A stretch of 64,000 nucleotides of DNA from a virus. Position 1 is the first letter of the stretch. Each line of letters starts with the position of its first letter. The stretch is from IMG/VR virus record IMGVR_UViG_3300045988_150343; one strand, given 5' to 3'. The notes below the pieces were generated by a model. It was given only the letters and a program-made list of their open reading frames with translations, did not search any database and was not told the origin of the DNA. A program made the position numbers and the translations under genes. Positions 16,882-25,285 of the stretch are shown here, piece by piece.

Positions 16882-17166
16882 TTAGTAAATGTATATGGGA
16901 AGGATTTTTCCGAAGTAATTGAGTTCTCCAGCATAGTAGGGTTCGATTTCCTTGAGTATATCTGGAGTGAGTTCTTCCGTTCCGAAAGTGTAATGGGCAT
17001 CATCCGGGTTTATAAAGAGATAAGTTGCTGATGATATTTTAGAGGAGAGCTCCTTGTAAGAGGAAAAGGGAGGGAAGGGACAGAGATTCGGGATAGGGTT
17101 GGGGATTGAGCAGTTTATGAGACCGTTGAGGGTTGAGAGGTTGGGGGTTGCATTTTTTGTTTTCAT
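16882..17166 (-). CDS. Small early protein, paralogue of 16637..16864
   Basis: Same features as its paralogue. It is the first gene downstream of the promoter at 17211..17242. Confidence 0.6.
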   Translation of the reverse strand: MKTKNATPNLSTLNGLINCSIPNPIPNLCPFPPFSSYKELSSKISSATYLFINPDDAHYTFGTEELTPDILKEIEPYYAGELNYFGKILPIYIY

Positions 17167-17210
17167 ATTCTTTTGAATTAAATTAATATTGATTTGAAAT
17201 TTTCATATTG

Positions 17211-17242
17211 CAAATATAATGCTTTTATTTAATTTGACCAAA
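17211..17242 (-). promoter_or_regulatory. Bacteroidota-type early promoter
   Basis: On the minus strand: TTTG (17242-17239), a 20-nt spacer, TAtaTTTG (17218-17211), followed by caATATGAAAA. Confidence 0.65.
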
Positions 17243-17293
17243 TAATATTTCAATCAATTCGGGCTAGTCTGTGGTTAATAGGGTATGCCTCCT

Positions 17294-17333
17294 AGTAATT
17301 TAGTTGGGTTTTATGCTAAGTAATTTAGTTGGG
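17294..17333. repeat. Direct repeat AGTAATTTAGTTGGG x2
   Basis: Exact 15-mers at 17294-17308 and 17319-17333 in the ORF-free spacer. Confidence 0.85.
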
Positions 17334-17996
17334 CGTTATTGGTGATATTCTAGGATATTGGGGTAGGTAAGCCCCTTTTGGGCCTGAATAAAGAGGTAGG
17401 ATTTAAGGCCTTAAGCCTTTGGAATAGGGTTGGGATTTAGGGCCTGAAGTTGCCCATAAAATTGCCCTAATCCTCGGCCCCATCTGACCGATAATTATAT
17501 TACTTGTATAATACTAATAGAGGGGCTTTAGGGGCCTTAAAGTCCTTGGGATACCTAACTTATTGATATGGCCCATATTAGGTACCTGAAGACAATAGAG
17601 CCTAAATATTGACAGGAGAGCTGGTAAGTATGATATTGGAGAGTTATAGGGGTACGTATGACAGTTTGAGAATATCCTGAAATAGCCTAAGTAGCTAAGT
17701 TACTGGGTTAGCGATATTGGGAGTTGGCCTAATTCGTAACGTAGCCGTATTTTCTAACGCCTATATAAAAGTACTTATTTGGGGGTTCGGATTGGGGCTT
17801 TGGGGTACCATTTTTGGGTAGGGTTTGGGTACCTAAAATGATGGGCCTTATGGACTATTAGGATGTGTGGAGAGAGCTGTGTGGCTTTATAGACGTGTGG
17901 GGGAGTGGGGTGTGGCCTTATAGTGCCCCCGCCTTAAGGGCCTACTGAAATCCGGCCAGAGTTTAAACCCCCGGGGATATATGTATGGAGTTGTAT

Positions 17997-18050
17997 CATT
18001 GAATAAGACTGACATTGAATAAGGACATTGAATAAGACTGAGTTAAGACT
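17997..18050. repeat. Iteron-like triple repeat CATTGAATAAG(A/G)
   Basis: CATTGAATAAGACT at 17997-18010, CATTGAATAAGGA at 18013-18025, CATTGAATAAGACT at 18026-18039, and an extra TAAGACT at 18044-18050. Confidence 0.85.
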
Positions 18051-18264
18051 GTAAGGCTTAATTGAGTTATATTTGAGATAGTAAGGATTGGTGGGTATGT
18101 ATCATGGAGGGTTATATTAAAGGTATCGGATAGGTTGATATGTTTTTCTTTTTTCTTTGTTTGGGGGGGAGGAGTGAATGGGTAAACATGAAATTAGGTA
18201 CCTTAGTCCTTCTCGGATTTGGGTACCTAGAATTAGTAGGTATTAGATTTAAGGTTGGGATTCT

Positions 18265-18669
18265 TTATTTGGTATCTGTTTGTTTAGCTATAGTCCTTTG
18301 GGTTACTTTATTGGACTTGGCTTTTAGTAGATGGGTGATCTCCTTTAGAGGCCCTTCATGAGGTAGAGTGAATATTTGGGTGTAGTAGGTTGTAGGGTCC
18401 CAGAATAGTTTTAGTAGGTCCTCTGGGGTTTGTTGGTCGGGGATGTACATGTACTGGTGGTTTGGGTGGTCGGAGACTAGGGGATGGGCTAAGTATAGGT
18501 AGTCTGCTAGTACTCTAGTTATTTTATCTCTAAGATATTTAACTGGATCATCTGCGGCTTTCTTAGAGAAAGGAGGGATCGGTTTAATGACTAGTGAGAA
18601 ATTCTTCTGGGGTTGGTGGTAGAATATTACCTGGAAGAGGTATCCTATGATAGGTTGATTAGTAGCCAT
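18265..18669 (-). CDS. Hypothetical early protein
   Basis: A 134-aa minus-strand ORF. No motif recognised. Confidence 0.5.
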   Translation of the reverse strand: MATNQPIIGYLFQVIFYHQPQKNFSLVIKPIPPFSKKAADDPVKYLRDKITRVLADYLYLAHPLVSDHPNHQYMYIPDQQTPEDLLKLFWDPTTYYTQIFTLPHEGPLKEITHLLKAKSNKVTQRTIAKQTDTK

Positions 18670-18713
18670 GATGTTGGGTTTTTGATTATTTATGAGTAGA
18701 GTTATGGTGGTTT

Positions 18714-19268
18714 TTAGAGTTCTATTTCACCGTGCCAGATAGTTTTGTCCTCTTTCCAGTCTGGCCTGAGATTTATTGCCTCTTCTCGGGTAGGTGCCAT
18801 CATATATTGGGTAGTGTAATTTAAGAGGTCCGGGAAGTCGATGCTGTGGCCCACTGATATGTAGCCTCGTTTATAAGCTGTAGCTATAGAGTCTCTCATT
18901 CTCTTAGCCCAGTAGTCGAATTGCTCGAGAACCTCATTCAGGGGCAAGGGTTTATGTAGGAGGAATCTGTCAAGAGAAATCTTTTGAAGGAGAGGGCTTT
19001 CTTCGCTGACTTTAAGCCACCAGGTGAAATCTACTTTGTGCTCGAGTTTCTCATATTCTAGAGCATCCAGTAGACACCTGAGAGTCCAATTCTCGGGTAC
19101 CCAAATGTGATGTTCCTTCAGGTAATCCAGGTGTACTTTTGATAGGGGTTCAAAGGTTTTAGCCCTGATTTCATAGGGGTCATTCCAATTGGGTTCCTCG
19201 AATTTAGGAGAGGGGTATATCTTGGGGATAGTTTCTCCCGATTGTTTTGCATATAAAAGTAACTGCAT
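18714..19268 (-). CDS. Hypothetical early protein
   Basis: A 184-aa minus-strand ORF. No motif recognised. Confidence 0.55.
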   Translation of the reverse strand: MQLLLYAKQSGETIPKIYPSPKFEEPNWNDPYEIRAKTFEPLSKVHLDYLKEHHIWVPENWTLRCLLDALEYEKLEHKVDFTWWLKVSEESPLLQKISLDRFLLHKPLPLNEVLEQFDYWAKRMRDSIATAYKRGYISVGHSIDFPDLLNYTTQYMMAPTREEAINLRPDWKEDKTIWHGEIEL

Positions 19269-19288
19269 GACTTATAGGGTTTAAAGGG

Positions 19289-19684
19289 TTAGTCGTAAAT
19301 ATGTTTTATTGTTACTACCAGGGTTACTCCATTGAAAGTGTAATCCCAATCTCCATCTCCGTTGATCTCTTCATCATTGAAGGCCATCTCGAGTAGATCC
19401 AGGATATCCCTTTGATTGAGGTCTGAGTTGAGGAATTGCCCTTTGCAGGTATATACCAGGATAAAGGTTGAATAGAATTGTGTATCGAAAGCCCAGGTAA
19501 AGAGTACCTTATTAAGATTGAAATTAATGGAGAGAAGCTTGAGGCCAAGATTCCAGTTTTTGGGTTGTGCCCAAATATTAAAGGCCTCTTCAATGGATAT
19601 CTGATCGAAGGGCAGATTCTTGTCCTTGATAGGGGTTAGGACCTCTAGTAGAGGTTTTTGGTTTTGGTTTTGGTTCTGGTTCAT
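19289..19684 (-). CDS. Hypothetical early protein with an MNQNQNQNQ N-terminus
   Basis: A 131-aa ORF. Its leader and first codons are duplicated at 25157 (aaaacatttaaaagATGAACCAGAACCAAAACC). Confidence 0.55.
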   Translation of the reverse strand: MNQNQNQNQKPLLEVLTPIKDKNLPFDQISIEEAFNIWAQPKNWNLGLKLLSINFNLNKVLFTWAFDTQFYSTFILVYTCKGQFLNSDLNQRDILDLLEMAFNDEEINGDGDWDYTFNGVTLVVTIKHIYD

Positions 19685-19717
19685 CTTTTAAATGTTTTTG
19701 AATTAATATTTATAATA

Positions 19718-19766
19718 CAAATATACACATTTATTTTAATATATCCAAATTTGCATCGAGCTGGTA
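19718..19766 (-). promoter_or_regulatory. Early promoter cassette (ACCAGCTC + TTTG + TAtaTTTG)
   Basis: On the minus strand: ACCAGCTC (19765-19758), TTTG (19749-19746), a 20-nt spacer, TAtaTTTG (19725-19718). Confidence 0.7.
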
Positions 19767-19771
19767 AGAGG

Positions 19772-20014
19772 TTATTTACCATAGACTTCATAGAGTTCCT
19801 GATAGTCATCAGTTTCGGTGAATACATCCAGGAAATAATTGTAATCTTCTTCGGTTGCCTCCTCGGGGAGCTTATTGAGGTCAATAATGCAGTAATGTTC
19901 CCAGACAGAGGTTATTATGTAGTCCTCAATATTTTGGGGTGGGAGAGGAGTAGCAGCATCAATAATGAATTTAGCAAAGAAGAAGATAGCAGCTGAGAGG
20001 AGTAACTTTTTCAT
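19772..20014 (-). CDS. Small secreted protein (signal peptide)
   Basis: The N-terminus MKKLLLSAAIFFFAKFIIDAATP looks like a cleavable signal peptide. Total length 80 aa. Confidence 0.5.
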   Translation of the reverse strand: MKKLLLSAAIFFFAKFIIDAATPLPPQNIEDYIITSVWEHYCIIDLNKLPEEATEEDYNYFLDVFTETDDYQELYEVYGK

Positions 20015-20340
20015 TGTTTTATATATTGAAAGGGGTTAATGATTTGGATGATTAGGAGGTTGCGTTCGGTTCTTATATTAGGGAGTAAGAGACCTTTAAG
20101 GTCTTCTTGTTCTGCTTCGAGTTTGTGAGCAGTAGATAAGCAATCTCGGGAGCTTTCAAAGGAGTATGTTACCCGAGCAATAGGTCGATCAGAATCACCT
20201 TGAAGGTTAATGTTCTCTATGGTGTATGGGTTGGGAGTTATCCATTGTTCCAGGCTTAAATCCTCCTGGAAGAGTTTAAAAACCTTCTTCAGTTCTAATT
20301 CTGATTGGAGAAGTTCTTTGGTGATGGTTAGTGTAGCCAT
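20011..20340 (-). CDS. Hypothetical early protein
   Basis: A 109-aa ORF downstream of the promoter at 20381..20427. Confidence 0.5.
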   Translation of the reverse strand: MATLTITKELLQSELELKKVFKLFQEDLSLEQWITPNPYTIENINLQGDSDRPIARVTYSFESSRDCLSTAHKLEAEQEDLKGLLLPNIRTERNLLIIQIINPFQYIKQ

Positions 20341-20380
20341 TGGGTTTTTATTTATTCGTTATACATTTAATTTTATATTA

Positions 20381-20427
20381 CAAAGATACAATATAATTTT
20401 TAATTACACAAATTTTGCTAGAGCTGG
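20381..20427 (-). promoter_or_regulatory. Early promoter cassette
   Basis: On the minus strand: CCAGCTCT (20427-20420), TTTG (20412-20409), a 20-nt spacer, TAtcTTTG (20388-20381). Confidence 0.7.
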
Positions 20428-20481
20428 AGGGATCATGGGTTCTTGAGACTCTCTCCGGAGATTTCTGTTGAAATTAGGGTT

Positions 20482-20598
20482 TTAGTCGAAGGCCATTCTA
20501 CCGATGGCTTGTTCTATGATTTCATATTTTTCCTGGTCCGAGATGGTGGGGTCTTTTAGCATCTCTTTTTCTTGGGGTGTAAGGCATGAGTCATCCAT
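20482..20598 (-). CDS. Possible 38-aa micro-ORF (not in the supplied track)
   Basis: My own translation gives MDDSCLTPQEKEMLKDPTISDQEKYEIIEQAIGRMAFD-stop. It lies between two copies of the 17-nt repeat AAATTAGGGTTTTAGTC. Confidence 0.3.
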   Translation of the reverse strand: MDDSCLTPQEKEMLKDPTISDQEKYEIIEQAIGRMAFD

Positions 20599-20710
20599 AG
20601 AAGTTATGTATTTTAATTATTAGAGAATGCGGCTTGGTAAGCCTCTAAAATTAGGGTTTTAGTCAACTTAGAAGCTAGCATTGATGAATTACTGGTATGA
20701 TCGTACTTTC

Positions 20711-21196
20711 TCATAGTTCGTATATTTCGTAGTTCTCTAAATAGTAAATCTCCAGAGCCCGTATTAAAGGAAGGACAAAAGTATAAACCCGAAGAGAGGA
20801 ATCTAGTCCTTTTATTAATTCTAGAGTAAGATTTACTTGGTTTGCTAGTTTGTTTTGCTCTTCGATATGCCCCTGATATGCGTATCCTGCCCCTTGTAAG
20901 TATTTAAGGAACTGCATTATTACAGGTACTAATTGAGAAGGGTGAATGGTTAAGGTATTTATATGAGAATGGTAAAGCTCATCTGTATTTGTATGCGATA
21001 TACGGTAGAAGACCTTACCCATTTCGTTGATTTCCTGTTCTGAGAGAATACCCTTACCAAGCCTAGTTGTAAATGACTCCTCGAATAAGGTGTCCCTGAT
21101 AAGGGAGTTAAGGGTGTACTCAATGCCCGTAAGGGCAGACTGGTTGAATAGTACCTTTTCCTTAGGTATATTTCTTGAGAATCTTACTTTGTTCAT
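20711..21196 (-). CDS. Hypothetical early protein
   Basis: A 161-aa minus-strand ORF. No motif recognised. Confidence 0.55.
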   Translation of the reverse strand: MNKVRFSRNIPKEKVLFNQSALTGIEYTLNSLIRDTLFEESFTTRLGKGILSEQEINEMGKVFYRISHTNTDELYHSHINTLTIHPSQLVPVIMQFLKYLQGAGYAYQGHIEEQNKLANQVNLTLELIKGLDSSLRVYTFVLPLIRALEIYYLENYEIYEL

Positions 21197-21197
21197 C

Positions 21198-21563
21198 TTA
21201 GTGTGACATTTGAGAGTAATGCGTTAGACAGTAAAATTTAAAGGCCTGGTCCCCAAAACGGCCAAGTAACTGGATAGGTTTCTTATTCTTAAGGTATTCC
21301 TCCTGATACCAGAGCCCGATGATATTCTGATTCATATCGGCATGAGCCCAGTGTTTATGCTTGAGAACTAGTACCAGTTCGGCATATTTTTTGTAGTCTG
21401 ACTTAGCCTCGAGGAGAAGTTGTTCGAGAAGAATCTTGCAGGCTTTTACTGCCTTTTGTTCGGTTTCCTGGGATTCTGCTTGAGTGAATTGTTCCCAGTA
21501 GTTGGTAAAGGGTTTATAGCCAATTAGTTCAGCCTCTACCCAGGTTTTCTTGATGTGTACCAT
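21198..21563 (-). CDS. Hypothetical early protein
   Basis: The ORF track gives 21198..21641. The ATG at 21563 (MVHIKKTWVE) sits 1 nt after the stop of 21565..21933 and removes a 77-nt overlap. Confidence 0.5.
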   Translation of the reverse strand: MVHIKKTWVEAELIGYKPFTNYWEQFTQAESQETEQKAVKACKILLEQLLLEAKSDYKKYAELVLVLKHKHWAHADMNQNIIGLWYQEEYLKNKKPIQLLGRFGDQAFKFYCLTHYSQMSH

Positions 21564-21564
21564 A

Positions 21565-21933
21565 TTAGTTGAGAGTGAAGTTTCCAAAAGGTTTTGATTT
21601 GTTGATTTCTCGAGCCAATTTCCTAAGAGTTTTGAGTTCAAGGAGAGGGAAAAAGTGTATCTCTTGGCCTATTATTGAGACCATTGCTCCCTCAGAGACT
21701 TCACTGAGAACTTCATTAAGAAGAGTGGCAAGGATTTGTTCTGCAGCCTTAAAGGCATTATCCTCGGGTTTGATACAGTCATCTATTATGTAGATGAGTT
21801 CTTCAGGAGTTGAATTCTCTTGGTCAAAGGTGACCAGTTTGAGAAGGCCTTCACCCTGTTTATTTAATCGAGCAGGGTTGCAGGAATAGAATAGCTGAAG
21901 CAGCTTCTGAGTCTGGAATACTTCTGGTGTCAT
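21565..21933 (-). CDS. Hypothetical early protein
   Basis: A 122-aa ORF downstream of the promoter at 21977..22025. Confidence 0.5.
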   Translation of the reverse strand: MTPEVFQTQKLLQLFYSCNPARLNKQGEGLLKLVTFDQENSTPEELIYIIDDCIKPEDNAFKAAEQILATLLNEVLSEVSEGAMVSIIGQEIHFFPLLELKTLRKLAREINKSKPFGNFTLN

Positions 21934-21976
21934 ATTGAATTATTATTGAATTGAACTAATTTTATTTTTCATATTA

Positions 21977-22025
21977 CAAATTTACAATAATAAATTTATA
22001 TATCCAAATTATATCTGAGCTGGTA
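21977..22025 (-). promoter_or_regulatory. Early promoter cassette
   Basis: On the minus strand: TACCAGCTC (22025-22017), TTTG (22008-22005), a 20-nt spacer, TAaaTTTG (21984-21977), followed by taATATGAAAA. Confidence 0.7.
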
Positions 22026-22048
22026 GTGGATGGTATATACACGTAGAA

Positions 22049-22074
22049 AGAGCTCAGCCTCCCGGTTGAGCTCT
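22049..22074 (-). terminator. Hairpin between 22229..23140 and the next promoter
   Basis: AGAGCTCA (22049-22056) pairs with TGAGCTCT (22067-22074). The adjacent perfect 16-bp palindrome GAACAAAATTTTGTTC lies at 22080-22095. Confidence 0.55.
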
Positions 22075-22228
22075 CCTATGAACAAAATTTTGTTCTTTTA
22101 TGTCAGTTTACACTTATTATATTTTAATATAGTTAATACCTCCTTGGGATAGAAGCCAAAGGTGGTTTCCCTGGGCTTGATGGGTGAGTTGCTCATGAGC
22201 TTGTTTGTTAGTAGTTGTGTTAAAAGGG

Positions 22229-23140
22229 TTATTGAGGAACTAAAAAAGAAGCAGTAGTAAAATCATCATTATCCTGTTCAGTTTCAGTTTCATAATAGTC
22301 TAGTTCGGGATCTTCGGCATCAAGATCTATTCTCTGCTCTATCTCTCTCCGGATTTGATGCCGTTCTTCTGAAGCTATCTTCATTGCACCTTCATAATCA
22401 TCGGTTACGGCATTGAGTTCAGCTTTAGAGAAATTTAGGCCTTCTTTAGAAGTGTCTACGGTCTGTTTAACTGCGCATACTTCGGGGAGTGACTTGAGGT
22501 CATATTGGGTCTCAAGGAGTGCAACCTCTTTAGGCCTTTCTATTGCTTGCTCAGCATTAACCTGTTGAATAAGAGTACGAGCATCTTCAATAGTAAGGTT
22601 GTTCTCGGTATGATTATCTGACTGGTCGATATTGACTTGGAATAGGTTAGTGGTAGTTCCACCTCCCATAAGAGTACGGATAATCTGAGACATATTTCCA
22701 GAAGCCTCTAGTTTTAATTTAAGAGCCTTAGTGAGTTCGGCAGATATAAAGGGTTTATAGGAATTACCCTGAGATTCTCGAAGAACATTTACCTGCTGGG
22801 CTATTTCCATACGGTCTTCTAGTAACCAAGCAAGTTGTTCTCCAAGTATACCTTGGAGCATTTCCTTTTGGTGTTCTGGATCCCATATCCTGGAATTGAG
22901 GACTTGGTCTCTCATTACTATTCGAATATCTGCAACTTGTACTGATATTGCTTGGGCAAACTTTTGGATAGGATAGGGTTGCCCGCAGAACATCATATTA
23001 TTAGCTATCCAGTAATTTATTAAGAACTTCTGAACTTTCTCTAGAACTGCTGGATTTTTAGAAGAATGGTACTCCATCATCATCTGGGTTAAACCAAATG
23101 GACGGGGTATTCTACTGTTGGGGGAGTTTGACTTTGCCAT
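22229..23140 (-). CDS. Hypothetical early protein with an acidic C-terminus
   Basis: A 303-aa ORF. No motif recognised. Confidence 0.6.
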   Translation of the reverse strand: MAKSNSPNSRIPRPFGLTQMMMEYHSSKNPAVLEKVQKFLINYWIANNMMFCGQPYPIQKFAQAISVQVADIRIVMRDQVLNSRIWDPEHQKEMLQGILGEQLAWLLEDRMEIAQQVNVLRESQGNSYKPFISAELTKALKLKLEASGNMSQIIRTLMGGGTTTNLFQVNIDQSDNHTENNLTIEDARTLIQQVNAEQAIERPKEVALLETQYDLKSLPEVCAVKQTVDTSKEGLNFSKAELNAVTDDYEGAMKIASEERHQIRREIEQRIDLDAEDPELDYYETETEQDNDDFTTASFLVPQ

Positions 23141-23417
23141 ATTTGTATTCTAATCTTATATCATACTGTTCGTAATAACCTAAGAATTTAAGTTTATATT
23201 GAATGTAAGCTCCTAAATGGGAAGCGTATAGTTGCATGATATAGTCCTTTTGGTCTGGTGAGAAGAATATACCAAAGGGTTCTTTGGTATACCGGTCAGC
23301 AGTATAACAAGGAAACCAATCCCTGGGGATACCCTCATTGGGTTTAAGGGATATCTCCCAGGTTTCGGTTAGAACCCTAAATTTCCTTCCTAAAAGGTCA
23401 ATAATTACTCGGGCCAT
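23112..23417 (-). CDS. Hypothetical early protein
   Basis: A 101-aa ORF with a 29-nt overlap with the downstream gene. Confidence 0.5.
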   Translation of the reverse strand: MARVIIDLLGRKFRVLTETWEISLKPNEGIPRDWFPCYTADRYTKEPFGIFFSPDQKDYIMQLYASHLGAYIQYKLKFLGYYEQYDIRLEYKYGKVKLPQQ

Positions 23418-23434
23418 ATATTTTGTCTTGTTGT

Positions 23435-23824
23435 TTAAGGATTAAGCTTAGCCTTGTTTGCCTTTCGGGCATTCCTCTTGGCAATCCTTTTAAGGATGGC
23501 CTCATGTTCCAAAGGAAATCTGGAGGCCCTTTCGGGAAGTATTACGTGGGCATATATGTATCCCCAAAAGCGTTTACTTAATCCCTCATGGTCTGCTCTC
23601 ATCTGAGCTCTTAGCCGGGATATGGCATTAAACTTCTGAAGGAAAGAGGCAACTATTTCTCGGAAGCGATGAAATTGCATTTTACCTTCTGAATCAAGGC
23701 CCAGTTGGTCATTATCGAGGAAATCTAGAAACTCTTCCTTAAATTGCTCAAGGAATTTAATACGGTTAAACTCATAGTTCTCTTCAGCAAGTTTAAAAGT
23801 TTTGATATAATCAATGGGTTCCAT
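23435..23824 (-). CDS. Hypothetical early protein
   Basis: A 129-aa ORF. No motif recognised. Confidence 0.5.
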   Translation of the reverse strand: MEPIDYIKTFKLAEENYEFNRIKFLEQFKEEFLDFLDNDQLGLDSEGKMQFHRFREIVASFLQKFNAISRLRAQMRADHEGLSKRFWGYIYAHVILPERASRFPLEHEAILKRIAKRNARKANKAKLNP

Positions 23825-24257
23825 AAGAATAAGCGATTGGGGTTAAGCGTGAATTACTGGGCACTACCTGAAAGAGGAAACCTTTATTATCCTGGGACTC
23901 TACATATTTGGTATAGACGGCATCCTTAAACTTATAGAAGTCTAGAGATGGAGTACTATCTGATAAGCCCGTTATGAGAAGAAAATGGTCTGGATTAGTT
24001 CTGCTTTTTGGGTTTCTTTTTGAGTTTAGGATAAAAAGACCTTCTGGATGGTAGCGTCCTGGGATAAGAATGTCCGGATAGTAATCTCTTCTTGGGATAG
24101 AGTTGTCTAAGGTAAAATCCAGAGGATTGCTCGGGTTAGGCCGATATCTGTTGGTTACGGTAGAGAAGGGTAACTTCTCCGATATAGGGACCAGGTTTTT
24201 AAAAAGCCTGAGACCTGAAGTATATATGGGTAGTGCTTCGATAGTTTCTAGGTACAT
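23811..24257 (-). CDS. Hypothetical early protein
   Basis: A 148-aa ORF. No motif recognised. Confidence 0.5.
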   Translation of the reverse strand: MYLETIEALPIYTSGLRLFKNLVPISEKLPFSTVTNRYRPNPSNPLDFTLDNSIPRRDYYPDILIPGRYHPEGLFILNSKRNPKSRTNPDHFLLITGLSDSTPSLDFYKFKDAVYTKYVESQDNKGFLFQVVPSNSRLTPIAYSYGTH

Positions 24258-24261
24258 ATCT

Positions 24262-24561
24262 TTATTTTATTTTGTTAGACTTTCGTGTTCGCTTTTTGGG
24301 TTTCTTTTGGGGATAAATATCTCCTATCTCGTCAAGCTTGTCTTGGACTAAGGCTTTAACGAAAATTCGAATGGGTTTATTGAAGTAGCATAGAATGTTT
24401 CCGGGAGTTATATACCTGTCGTATAAAGCAAAGAACTTATTCCTTGTGTTAACCCTATAACTACACTGGATAAGATAAGTGGTTATACATCTCTTATGTA
24501 ATTCTATGTTCTCTTTTTGCCATTTCTCGATTACTTTGGGTGATAATGGGATGTAAGCCAT
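24262..24561 (-). CDS. Hypothetical early protein with a basic C-terminus
   Basis: A 99-aa ORF ending KKPKKRTRKSNKIK. Confidence 0.5.
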   Translation of the reverse strand: MAYIPLSPKVIEKWQKENIELHKRCITTYLIQCSYRVNTRNKFFALYDRYITPGNILCYFNKPIRIFVKALVQDKLDEIGDIYPQKKPKKRTRKSNKIK

Positions 24562-24573
24562 AATATTATAAAG

Positions 24574-24611
24574 AATACCCGAGAGATCTGAGAGATAACC
24601 TCTCGGGTATT
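24574..24611 (-). terminator. Hairpin after 24624..25157
   Basis: AATACCCGAGAG (24574-24585) pairs perfectly with CTCTCGGGTATT (24600-24611). Confidence 0.65.
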
Positions 24612-24623
24612 ATATTTTATAGG

Positions 24624-25157
24624 TTAAACGGCTTGAGCAGGTTTGAGAACTGAGTCCCGGAATTCCTCGTAGGCTTTCTTGGCCTTTTTGAACTCCTTGG
24701 AGTTTTGATCCTGGATACGGAGCATATCCCTTTCAAGAGTGCGGAGTTTGTTTCGGGTTTTCTGTCTCCAGGTTTTTCTGGAGAGAGTATCAGTTACATC
24801 CTCAGGGTAAAGGTATTTTACATCCCGGTGGGAGATAACCTCTTCCATAATAGAAGGCTTCTGTTGTTTGGCAGTTTCTGTAACTGCCTTGGCTTTAGCA
24901 GATTTTTTCTTTTTAAGTTTCACCTCTTTAGTGATTTCAGGAGCGGTTTCTCCTTTGATCTTTTTGGCCTTTTCGGGAGCAGCCGTTTCTTGAGCAGTTT
25001 TCTTAGCCTTAGCTGCTTTGTTTTTCTTAGCCTTCTTTACTTTGGTTTCTGTTGCAGTTGTGGTAACGAGTTCCTCGATAGGAAGTTCCTGTTTAGCAAC
25101 TTTGGCCTGGATTGCCTGGGTTGAAGCGATTGCTTCTGGGTTTTGGTTCTGGTTCAT
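24624..25157 (-). CDS. Lys/Ala-rich H1-like basic protein
   Basis: The N-terminal half KVKKAKKNKAAKAKKTAQETAAPEKAKKIKGE...KLKKKKSAKAKA is low-complexity K/A/E. The C-terminal ~70 aa look structured. It has its own promoter and terminator. Confidence 0.6.
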   Translation of the reverse strand: MNQNQNPEAIASTQAIQAKVAKQELPIEELVTTTATETKVKKAKKNKAAKAKKTAQETAAPEKAKKIKGETAPEITKEVKLKKKKSAKAKAVTETAKQQKPSIMEEVISHRDVKYLYPEDVTDTLSRKTWRQKTRNKLRTLERDMLRIQDQNSKEFKKAKKAYEEFRDSVLKPAQAV

Positions 25158-25215
25158 CTTTTAAATGTTTTTAAATTAATATTGAATTGAACTATTGTAA
25201 TTTTTAATTACACTG

Positions 25216-25285
25216 CAAATATAACGCCTTATTTTGAACTGACCAAATTTTTAACGAATTATTTTCAAAATTGCCAGAGCGGGTA
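25216..25285 (-). promoter_or_regulatory. Early promoter cassette (variant with extra spacing to the ACCCGCTCT element)
   Basis: On the minus strand: TACCCGCTCT (25285-25276), TTTG (25247-25244), a 20-nt spacer, TAtaTTTG (25223-25216). Confidence 0.65.

Noticed and set aside
17775-17800. tRNA-like GGTTCGGATTGG motif in the spacer, and ttcgaac motifs at ~3625 and ~5120
   Set aside because: There is no flanking acceptor, D or anticodon stem complementarity, and two of the three lie inside protein-coding genes. I could not support any tRNA in the window.
22080-22095. Perfect 16-bp palindrome GAACAAAATTTTGTTC as an operator
   Set aside because: It is a single occurrence lying next to a terminator hairpin. 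An A/T-rich palindrome of this size could simply extend the terminator, so I noted it only under the terminator feature.
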